From: Laetmonice hystrix
Lineage: Eukaryota
Assembly (NCBI GenBank): GCA_965235115.1
Contig: OZ249436.1
Coordinates: forward strand, 10,232,001-10,296,000
Reading direction: 5' to 3'
DNA length: 64,000 bases
Shown: one piece after another, positions 26,701 through 38,700 of the stretch
Position numbering within the stretch: position 1 is the stretch's first letter
Layout of the letters: each line of letters starts with the position of its first letter
Position numbers and translations under genes: made by a program
Notes under the pieces: generated by a model
The model's database searches: none
What the model saw: the letters and a program-made list of their open reading frames with translations, nothing else
Told to the model about the DNA's origin: nothing

Positions 26701-29700
26701 ATTGAGGCATGGGTGCCAAGGATGATCATAAAAGGGAATCCAATCATTATACTTGTAGCATGGATATTCCTATGTACTGGTAATTATTTTCTTATTCCAT
26801 CTGATATTCTCTTTGGTGTGGATTTTTAGTAAAACCTTCTGGTGCTGGAGCAGCTGTAGCTAACATACATGAAGTGAGATGGAATACAGATATGCATGGA
26901 CCTCTGACACGCAAACTTGTAAATGAAACACACAGTAAGCAAATCCTTTCAATAATAAAATCTTTGTAATTTCTATAAAGCAGCAAAGTTGTAACGACTT
27001 AGGAATGTTGCTTTTATAAAGTTAAGTTACATGATAACCATCTGCCTAGAGTATTTTTGGTATATTGGCAGGTCTGCTTTTGCAATCTTTTGACCATAGC
27101 AGGCAAAGAGTTCAATTGAATTTATAGTAAGTTACAGTAGGTAAAGTGCCACTCTAAGATTCATAAAATCCTTTTTTATGTTTTGATGTTAGTCAAATGT
27201 AAATAGGTATATTCCAAGGGTCCACATGTAGTAATGTTGTACACTGGATGAACACATCTATTCCTAATTGTCAGATATTTTCCTGAAGCTACAAAAACAT
27301 ACACCTGAAGTACAAAGCACAGCAAGAAACCCACAGTAAGTATAAAATTGGCAATTTATGAGCAGTCTGTACTAGGATTGCCGTTTTCCTTCATTCAGCG
27401 TTGTGACATCATAAACCTTTTTTTACCATGGTCTGGTGGTGACATACACACACACATAAATATATGTGTGGGTGTAGGGCAATAAACAGCCCAGTACACC
27501 CCCACACACAAATTTGTGTGTGTGCGTGTATTAAATACAAAAACTTCTTGTATTTAATACAAAAACTTCTTGTATTTAATACAAAAACTTCTTGTATTTA
27601 ATACAAAAAGTTTTCGTATATATACCAAAAGTTTCTGTATTAAATACAAAAACTTTTTGTATTTAATACAGAAAGTTTTTGTATTTAATACAGAAAGTTT
27701 TTGTATTTAATACAGAAAGTTTTTGTATTTAATACAGAAAGTTTTTGTATTTAATACAGAAAGTTTTTGTATTTAATACAAAAAGTTTTTGTATTTAATA
27801 CAGAAAGTTTTTGTATTAAATACAGAAAGTTTTTGTATTAAATACAGAAAGTTTTTGTATTTAATACAGAAAGTTTTCGTATATATACAGAAAGTTACTC
27901 TTGCATATCCAATCTGAAGTTCATTGCTTAGGGTGTCGTACTTCAAAGAATCTTTATCGCTATCTAATTGAGTGGAACGAATCAGAACGGAGGGATGGAG
28001 GGAGGCTGGGCGGGGAGGTAACCGACTGACCTAGTATAGACCAGCAGTTACCATGCGTGCACTTGTCTGGCCACAGTATTGGCACCCTCTTCCCGACTCA
28101 CTCGTGACTGACCCAGTCTGCATCCACACTTCTTATGGTCCTGTCATTATCAGAGATCTCCTTCATTATATTCTATATTTTTAAGAAACTTCCTGAAATC
28201 AAAAGCTGGGCATTGTCATAAATCAATAAATATTATGACATGTCATGCTCAGGGTGGGTTTCCACTCTTTTTCCATTTATTTGAGCAATATTATTAACTA
28301 TGACCCAGCAAACAGCACGGACGTGTTGCACTGGTACCAACATGTGTGAAACTCGTTAACTCAACAACGTTGTGTGCTGCAGTTAAATGCGTACAAGGGA
28401 CAGAGATTCAGAATTTAACAGCATCTCTTCCTTAGGGGCAGACCATTTAATAGCTGGGGGGTATGGTTTTTTCGTAAAAAAAAAGTTTGTTCGCCAAGTT
28501 TACCCAAAAAAATAGTTTGCTCTCAAATGTGTGTGAAAAAATAGTTTGCTAAGCAAAGTACTGCATGGTTCAAAGCTGAGTGCAGTACAATCAGATATTC
28601 CTAAGGCTGTGTTAGAGACGTTATATCTAGGAACCGGAGATTTTCTTCAACCTCTGTCATAGGCGCCGGAACCGGGGGGGGGGGGCGCCTGTCCCCCCCC
28701 CCCAGGTCAAAAGCTGGGGGCAAGCATATAGTCCCCCCCCCGAGCTCCAAGGTGGCAGGAGATGGTCAGACCGGCAGAGGGCCTAGATTTTGGTGCCAGA
28801 TGCCAGGAAAACGTGTATTTGGTACTTTAATTTACAATTTTTTCGGGGGGAGGACCCCCAGACCCCCCGCTCGAGACTTCGCGCCTTCGACGCTCTTATC
28901 ACCAGCATTTCTACACTTTGAACTTGGGACCTATGATTTGGTCTCCACCCCCCCCACCATCTTCTGGCGCCTATGTCTGTGGAACAGAAATTAGCGGGAA
29001 AACATAATGGTTGCTGCAGAATTATGTGCTGAAAAAAAGTTTGTCTCTGCCACCTCGGGAAAAAAATTGTTTGCTTTTGATTAGGGATAAAAAGAAATTT
29101 TGTTTTTTGTTGGAAGCAAAAAAAAAAGTTTGATCAGAAGGAAAAACCATACCCTCCCCCAGCCAATAAATGGTCTGCCCCTTATAAGTTCTGGCACCAA
29201 ATTTACCGTGACGGTCCGATCGTGGTGGGTCAGGTTGCAGTGACAGCCTCTGTCTGACCTAGAATTGCCATTTCCGAAATGAACCAGCCGGTTCGTTCCC
29301 ACCAGAAAATTATTCAGTCATTAGTAGTCATTGACTAGTAGTCATTGAAAATATGGTATATTTTCATTCAATTTGTAGCCTACGTCTTAAATTCCCCTTT
29401 CCCTTGGCATACGTACGTACGAAGATCAGTCTAATTAATGTATAGACTATGTTTTCTTGAATGTTTTCTTAGTCAGTTTGTAACCTGCGTGATGATTCAC
29501 ACATCTATTTGGTTTGCTGTGCCTTTGCAACTGTAGATCAACCAAACTTGCTTTTTCTGCAAAGAACAGACTGTTTGCGGGAGAAAATATTATTAGGGCT
29601 ATATAGGGTGCTGATATGGTACCTATACAACGAAGACCTATAGACCCAAAATCGAAGACCCCGCCCTTTTTCATTATATCATCTTGTTATGTCACCAAAC

Positions 29701-32700
29701 CTTGTCGAACTACACCATACTGCTGGTAAATTGAGGAAACAATCAGGGGTTTCGTTTACTAGTTTACCCCCCCCCCCTTAAAACTATAAAAGTTGCCGAG
29801 AGAGGTGTCGGGAGAGGTGTCGGTAGAGGAGCCGGGAGAGGTGTCTCGAGAGGAGCCGGGACGTGCCGGGAGAGGTGCCGGGAGAGGAGCCGCGCGGTGC
29901 CGGGAGAATGCTGGCGGTCAGAGGTTTCCATGGCCTGATCATCAATTATGTCATGTTCACATTGCACTGGCGGATCCAGGATTTCACTAAAGGGGGGGGG
30001 GGCACAGAAAAGTAATTCATGATTGTTCGCATTTCTAATTAAAGCTGAATGCTCTTGAATGAGAGCTTTAGAGGTATAGCCTACATAATAGCTCGGGGTT
30101 TCCCTGAGATACACCGTCAGTGTTAAAATCATTTAAAAATGAGTAGGCTATAGCGTGTATATGCCTAGAATCTATAATGAGTGAAGCTAAAGGGGGGGGG
30201 GGCACGTGCCCCCTGTGCCCCCTCTGGATCCGCCTTTGTAGTTGTCAACATGTATGAGGGAATTACGGTAGATCTTTTTCTGGCCTGTGTATCAGGTTGT
30301 GCCAAAGGTACATGGGCACTGCTAAGGGGCTCCGGGGGCATGCTCCCCTATAACATTTTGAAATCTAAAGTGCATGCATTCTCCTAAAAAAGTCAAATTT
30401 TTTACATTTATTTCACAGCTTCAAAACATCCAGCTCTCAAAACCTTAACTTTTGCATCAAGTATAAAACAAAGTGACAAAGGCGGTAGATTTGTAGCAAT
30501 CAGAATCATTATACATAATAAGCTCATCAGAGCTTTAAAAACAGTGTTATTACCACTATGTGCAGTGTTACCAGAGGTTCACATCACTTTCCCCGATCAT
30601 TAACGGAAAGTGGAGGGCTTCAAACAACGTTTGAAAGTCGTCCCTTTTTTGAAAGCTGCGTGTGTGTCACCGTTTGAAGTGCTCCCTTTTCACGTTGTTT
30701 ACATAGGTGGCCCGATTGAACACACCACTGGGCCATATACATTGAGCCTTGGTACGGCCGATTTCGGCCTCGTCCGACGATCGGCTGAAAAATTTCATCG
30801 GTCGTGTGAAATATTTTCAGTGTATATTAGACCGGGAGCCCAGAAGGTTTATTCATGTAAACGAGGGCAAAAGGTTTGACTTCTGGGATGTATAGATTCA
30901 TTCTTTCATATCTAAGAAATGGATTGCTGCCGGCAAAAAAAGCGGCTTTGACCCCCAAAACACCCAAAAAAAGGGTGCAAAAAAATACATTTATTCATGT
31001 GAACGAGGGCAAAGCTGAAAACAGTTTCAAATCTTTAGTTGGGTCTCACTGATTATAAAATGGCAATTTTAGATGCGGCTACCCCCCCCCCCCGACAGCA
31101 ACCCCCAAGGGGGGGGGGGGTAGAAAATTACATTTATTCATGTGAACGAGGGCAAGGCTGAAACTAGCCTAGAAATGTTCTTTGAGTGTCTCTGAATATC
31201 AAATGACCAATGACAGCAATTTTGAGAGCGGCTTTACCCCCGACAGCAACGTTCAAAGACCCCCCCCCCCCCAGCCACTAGGAGTTGGACGAAAAATAAC
31301 ATTTATTTATGTGAACGAGGGCAAGGCTGAAACTAGTCTAGAAATGTTCTTTGAGTGTCCCTGAATACAAAATGACCAATGACAGCAATTTTAGATGCGG
31401 CTACCCCCCTGACAGCAACCCCCAAGGGGGGGGGCGGGGGTAAGAAAATTACATATATATATATATTCATGTGAACGAGGGCAAGGATGGAAATAGTCTA
31501 GAAATGTTTGTTGGGTGTGTTTGAATACAAAATGACCAATGACAGCAATTTTAGATGCGGCTACCCCCCTGACAGCAACCCTCAAGGGGGGCGGGGGGTA
31601 AGAAAATTACGTATATATATTCATGTGAACGAGGGCAAGGATTGAAATAGTCTAGAAATGTTTGTTGGGTGTGTTTGAATACAAAATCACCAATGACGGC
31701 AATTTTAGATGCGGCTACCCCCCTGACAGCAACCCCCAAGGGGGGCGGGGGGGGGGGTTAAGAAAATTACATATATAAATTACTAAACAAAACTCGCTGT
31801 AGTTTCTTTTGCAATAATTTCCATGTGAATTGATTCCATCCGCGAGCGCGTATTGAAGCACCTGAGTTCAGAAAAATTAAGCTTTTAGTCCGCTAATTAC
31901 GCCGGTAACGGAGCACATCTGTAATTTATAATACATGTTCCAGCACATCCATAGGGCCCCATAGTTAACGTCGCGTCACCCTGAAACGTGTACAAATCAA
32001 ATCAGTCCGTATGGCACTCCTGTGTCATACGGACCACCGTATGGCACCCCTGAACGGCACTGGCAGATGGCATGCGCATAAAATAAAAACCTGTAGGCCT
32101 ATATAAATGAATGAGGTAATGATACAATCAGTGTTCAATCTACCGATGCGGCTTTCCGAGTAAAAAATTTCATTGACAGCAGTTTAACCATGGCTTCCTC
32201 CCTGACAGCAGTGGGGAAGAAGAAGTAACATTATTCAAGTGGGTGGAAAGAAGTGTGGAACTTGAACGTGTAATTTTGGTGGGTGGCTCGAACTCTGTCT
32301 TACTGGGTGGACACCTTCTTTTCACTGCACAAAACCTGCTGAAGCACTGTGAGTGATAGAAATGATATTCTTGTAGTTCACGGGCCCGTCTCACTAAAGG
32401 CTGGTTAATAACCAGATCGTTAAGTTAACAGCAGTGAATGGAAGGCTGCTGGTTACTGTAACCAGCAGACTTCCATTCACTCCTATGTTAACTTAACGAT
32501 CTGGGTTTTTTTAATTTTTTTTATTGAGCATCTTTATACAGGATTACCTACTCGGCTGAGAGCCGTCATGAAAGCGGGGTCCTGCACATGTGATCACATC
32601 ATCCGACATATGTACAACATGTTTTATATTACACGGCGAGGTAGAAGGCAAATGTGAATACAATTCATGGATTAAAATAAGCGTATTGAGATCACAGAAA

Positions 32701-35700
32701 ACTAACACTACATCACATTATATATCACAGAAAAACTAATACTACATCACACCATATATCATGTACTTCACACCAAGTTATTAACCAGCCTTTAGTGAGA
32801 CGGGCCCCAGAGTTGCACCTCCCCGCTCCTCTCCCAGCACCTCCCGACACCTCTCTCGGCACCTCCCGGCTCCTCCTCGGTACCTCTTGCGGCACTTTAC
32901 CCGGCACCTCTCCCGGCACCTCATTTAACATTCGGGACTCCCTCGGGCATATGACGTCACTTCCTGCTATTCGAATATACCCTCGGGTGGAATAGCGGCC
33001 ATGTTTGGCAACCAGATACACCGCCAAATGGAGGTGTGTAGCGAGGCCCTGAGTGAACCGTCATATCCCATCGAGCCAGGAAGTAGTGCATTATTGACAC
33101 CTGCTCCTTCGGCGTTGTATGTGCAAATATAAATTTCTGGTATGAAGGGGAACGTTTGAAGAAGAAAAATGAATCACCCAATTTACCTAAATGGGCGTCA
33201 ATACGGTAATTTATCAAATTCTGGGAAGCAATATGGCCGCATCCATGTACGACACTGGCCCGACACATGGTAGGACTACTTGTAATCATGTTGTAATTTA
33301 AGTTGTATCATGGCATGATACTATTGTAATATTGCCCACTGACTTCGGGGAAAGCATTGTACGCCTATTTTAGTTGCTTCCATGCCTGATGCAGACAAAA
33401 TACTGCAAGCACTGCCATGCTGTCGAGAGTCCCGGCTAAATGTACCCGCGATGCAATGCTCAAAATGGCACCTATTTCACCCGAGGCTACTTTCGAAGAT
33501 ATGGCCGAGGATTCCCGAATGCTCATTTAAGTCACTTCCTAAATGATTTCACGTCACTTGCCTACCTCACTCACGTCACTCGCCCACATCACTCACGTCA
33601 CTACCCCACATCGCTCATGTCATGCCTCCACATCACTCACGTCACTCGCCCACATCACTCACGTCACTCGCCCACATCACTGATCACTCGCCAACATCAC
33701 TCACGTCACCCGCCCACATCACTCACGTCACTCCCCCACATCACTAACGTCACTCGCCCACATCACTCACGTCACTCGCCCACATCACTCACGTTACTCC
33801 CCCACATCACTCACGTCACTACCCACATCACTCACGTCACTCCGCGACATCACTTATCACTCGCCCACATCACTCACGTCACTCGCCCGCATCACTCACG
33901 TCACTCCCCCACATCACTCACGTCACTACCCCACATCACTCATTACTTGCCCAATCACTCACGTCACTACCCCACATCACTTTTGACTCACCCACATCAC
34001 TCAAGTCACTACCCCACATCACTGATTACTTTCCCCATCACTCAAGTCACTACCCCACATCACTGATTACTTGCCCCATCACTCACGTCACTACCCCACA
34101 TCTCTGTCACTCCCCACATCATTTCCCATCACTCGCCCACATCACTCACGTCACTCGCCCACATCACTCACGTCACTCCCCACATCACTGATCACTCCCC
34201 CACATCACTCACGTCACTCCCTCACATCACTCACGTCACTACCCCACATCTCTGTCACTCCCCACATCATTTCCCATCACTCGCCCACATCACTCACGTC
34301 ACTCGCCCACATCACTCACGTCACTCGCCAACATCACTCACGTCAATCCCCACATCACTGATCACTCCCCCACATCACTCACGTCACTCCCTCACATCAC
34401 TCACATCACTACCCCACATCACTTTTGACTCACCCACATCACTCAAGTCACTACCCCACATCACTGATTACTTTCCCCATCACTCAAGTCACTACCCCAC
34501 ATCACTGATTACTTGCCTCATCACTCACGTCACTACCCCACATCTCTGTCACTCCCCACATCATTTCCCACCATCATTTGTACGTGCTGTTTCAGTGTCC
34601 AATTCTAGAAACAGTGTTTAAAAGAGCATGGGGAGGGCTGCCTGCTTGGTGTGTAGTGATAGTATCCTGCCTTGGTTCTAACCCCAGTGGCCACCGCTCC
34701 GTCACCTCCCTGTAACCCGAGTAAGACCAGATGCTGGTCATCTCTGACCAACAAATGACCACATGCTGGGCGTGACCAATACAAAACAACATCGGCCCAC
34801 GGTCCCCCAGGCCCCACGAGTTTCACCTCCCATACTCGTTGCTTCTACCAACGAGTTGCTTCTACTAAGTTCTAGGTCGGATAATGACAGATGATCGCAG
34901 ACTGGTTTACTGTTACACTACACTTTGACTCAGTGCCTCCGGCATTGAGACGAGGCCGCGTGTCAACGAGGACACCAGACACAGGAGGGTGGTGTAGTTG
35001 CAAGGTTCCCAATGAAAGGGGTCACATGAACCGCAAAGGAATTTGATATATGATAAGCAAATGGACAGTTAATGAGATGTTAGTAAGTTGTTAGATTCTT
35101 TGAAGTGTGATACAGCAATTAGATATGCATGAGTAACTTTCTGTATATATACGAAAACTTTCTGTATTAAATACAGAAACTTTCTGTATTAAATACAAAA
35201 ACTTTCTGTATTAAATACAAAAACTTTTTGTATTAAATACATAAACTTTTTGTATTAAATACAGAAACTTTCTGTATTAAATACAAAAAGTTTTTGTATT
35301 AAATACAAAAAGTTTTTGTATTAAATACAAAAAGTTTTTGTATTAAATACAAAAAGTTTTTGTATATATACGAAAACTTTCTGTATTAAATACAAAAAGT
35401 TTTTGTATTAAATACAAAAAGTTTTTGTATATATACGAAAACTTTCTGTATTAAATACAAAAAGTGTTTGTATTAAATACAGAAAGTTTTTGTATTTAAT
35501 ACACGCACACACACAAATTTGTGTGTGGGTGTGTACTGAGCTGTTTATTGCCCTACACCCACGCATATATTTATGTGTGTGTGTATGTCACCACCAGACC
35601 ATGGTATTTTTTAATTTAACTACAATTACATGCATGAATTTCCATGCTTTGTGCCACTTGTTAATTGGAAGATGCAATATTTGATTTGATGAGGAACACA

Positions 35701-38700
35701 TTATTTTGAATAACAGTTGAGCATCAATGGTCTTACCTCTTCAACATCTCGGTTTGGTTTACCTTGTCTAATTCATACTGCATTCTTTCAATATCAGGCT
35801 GGTCAAATTCAGTCGTGAATATAGATCTGTTATAAAAGCCTGCTTGATCGACCTACAGACTGCACTTAGTAAGTTATACAAGCCATTTTATTTAAAACTA
35901 TCCATAGAAAGCTACACAAACCAACCAAGATCCCAGTTATAGCCCTAAAGTTGATGAATATCATCGTTGCCACTGAATAAAAGAGTCCAGGTTACAGGAC
36001 GGAGGGACCCCCTTACCTGAAGAAAAATCTATAGATTTGCCGGTGGGAGGGAGGGCCCATCATTTCACGAGCATGGCTGCACTACCTATACTTGTCTGTA
36101 AAGATGTCAATTTTATGTCTAAACTTTTCTTCTCTTATCTTTTTTCATTTCAGAAAGGAGCCAGAGAGATGAAGAGAAAAAGGAACTTGAAGCCCAGTTA
36201 CAGCTCTTTGATATGGCAGAACTAGTTTGGAGTCTTTCAGAAATTCTGTTCATAGATTCTCAGCCAAGTAAGTTAACTGGTAACAAATTCCAACAACTAC
36301 ATTAGAGATTTTGTGGTGATTAGGACATTTCTTCCTGTGGAGATTTAGAGCCCTGATTTTTTATATGCCCAGGTGGTGTATTTTTCCAACTTATGCATCA
36401 ATAGTGGGTTACACCTGTATTACAATTATTGGATATATACAATATTAATTTCCAGAAATCCCCCATGATGTAAGATTATGGTTTCAGTTTCTCTCTACCT
36501 GTACAGTATATTTCTTAAGGATTTAAAACCAAAGAAACTTTGCATTGGTGAGACTAACAGGATTTCTTATTGTGCATGCAGGTGGTTCAGTATTGGGTCA
36601 ACTGTTGGAATGGTTACGATGGCATTTTGTTGATGGTGAGAGGTTGGCACATGAGGTGATGCAGCACGAGCCTCCCCAAGACCATCCAAATTACTGGGAT
36701 GCAGTAAGTAACATTTGAAGGAACAGAGATTTTGTTCAGAAATATTGGAGTGGTAATGATAACATTACATGTATATCAATTATGATGCTTCAAGAGGTTG
36801 TATTCTTAGGTATGGTTTTGTAGGTTTCTAGATTTCTCTGGAGGCACACCTTCAAAGTACCAAATTGTGGGTAGCTGTAGTCATAAAATTATTGGTAGGA
36901 ATAACAGTGATGTTCTTTTTGTATTTTTCAAGGTGTATAGCTTTGTCCTTCAAGGTCGTGTCGAGGAGGCTCGGAAAATGTTGTCTCGTCATTCATCAAT
37001 AACAAATGATTCCTTCATAACCATGGACACCCTTCTTAGAAAAATGCCCCTCTTTGCAGTAAGTACAAAAAATAACTAATGAGTGTTGCCTTTCAGCAAG
37101 AGAGCATAATTGAAGGGATGCTCTCTGTGTGATATTTACCACACAAATACTTGAAAATAATGAATCCCTTAACAGTAGGCATTATATGGTGTTTAAGGCA
37201 GAGTTTTTAGGCATTGTTGACAGACCGTTTCTTGTACCACAAAGCAATGACATTTGAACAACTTGTGAGAACTTATATTGATGTTTCCCCTCTAGCTCTT
37301 CAATGGTCAGTCTCTGGGTGAGTTTGAATTAAAGTGGCGCCATTGGCAAGAAGAATGTGTCATGCGGCTAGAAAGTGGGGACTTTGCAACAGACAGCCAC
37401 CTTCAAACTATCTGTCGGGTAAGTAAATCTAGATCAATTAAATGATTATTTACTGTATAATCAACTCTGTAATATGGAAATTTGTCCCTTTACATTAGCC
37501 AAGTTGCAGGAATCTTGGTTCATATTGTATTGGTTTTTTTTTTGGGGGGGGGGGGAGTAAACCCAGAGAATTGTAAGAATACAACAGTTGCATGGAATTC
37601 TTTGTTTCAGGTGTTGTGTGGAGAAACCCAGGTGTTGCTTGAACTAAGTGACCTCTGTGAGAGCTGGTATTGCATGCTGGTCACGCGCCTTCTGTACCAT
37701 AATCCGACAGTGAAAAGTACTGACGTACAGTACCACACACAGTTTTGTATTGATGCCTATGGTGGCAACCACTGCCTGCAACCATGGGACAATGTCCTTC
37801 TGGCAGCCCTCGAGTTTAACATTCATCAGGTCATCAGGGAGGCAAGGTACAGTCGGGAGAAAACTTCATTCTAGGGGAGACTTTCTACATGTTGAATTAT
37901 GTATTTTATATACAAATGTAGTTATATAGATTTCTACTCAAAGCAGAGTTGAATAAAACCTTATGTCCGTGGTGTTGTAATGCCTGTGAGGTATTATGAA
38001 ACAAGGTTAAGAGTGCTGCATGTTTTTGTTTTCCAGTACGAGTTGTGGAAACTGGTGGTTTGTTGCTCATCTGGCAGACCTTTTGCATCACTGCAACATA
38101 CTTGATTCGCAGACACTCTTGTAAGTGGAAAATTTTATATCTTGCTTATAGAAATTAAATACTGTGCTGAAAATATGCTGCTACTTTTATGCACCAAAGC
38201 ATGGTAAGGACAAAGGAGCTATAAATTAGAACTGAATTGTATGTAATAAAATCTGATTTACATAAATTAAAGCTCACTCCGTGTTAGGAAAGCTTTTCTG
38301 AAGAAGCTTGTTGAAAAGTACTCTTGCAGAATCAGTTTTTGTAGTTGCTCAAGAAAATCCAAACTTCATTTGATAAACCTCTGACAAGAAAAGAAATTCC
38401 TGGTATTTTGCAGAAATATGAAACTGTATGCAAAAGGGTGAAGCCTGCTTTGATAGCCAGACTTTTCTATTTTCTTTTTAGTTTTGGTTCAAATCTACGT
38501 GAGTTTCTATTACTGGAATATGCAACAAGTTTGATGTCACATCATAGGTAAGAATTCTCACTTTCCTTCTGTGTATGTAGAAGTGATCCTATTGTAATCG
38601 TTCGAAGTTAACCACATTACTTTGTACCGTCAGTAGAGTCTTGCACTGACGTGATACTTTGATTAAATGGATGGAAAAAACAAAGCTTTCCTTGCTGACT

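Larger units (their letters stand above)
27424..35606. mobile_element. 8.2-kb foldback-like non-autonomous DNA transposon with ~490-bp modular TIRs, filling NUP85 intron 4
   Basis: Left TIR taccatggtctggtggtgacatacacacacacata...gaaagttactc (27424-~27913) is mirrored at ~35118-35606. Each TIR has a ~100-bp outer domain plus an array of 21-bp repeats. Both ends are flanked by exactly tttttt (27418-27423, 35607-35612). No transposase ORF is visible. Confidence 0.92.

Noticed and set aside
27527..27895. CRISPR-like appearance of the 21-bp array (also the 30848-31775 repeats)
   Set aside because: The units are head-to-tail without unique spacers, there are no cas genes, and the context is a eukaryotic intron.
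33440..34361. 208-aa and 96-aa His/Thr/Ser/Pro-rich ORFs
   Set aside because: They are translations of the 22-bp minisatellite, with no splice or protein-family support.
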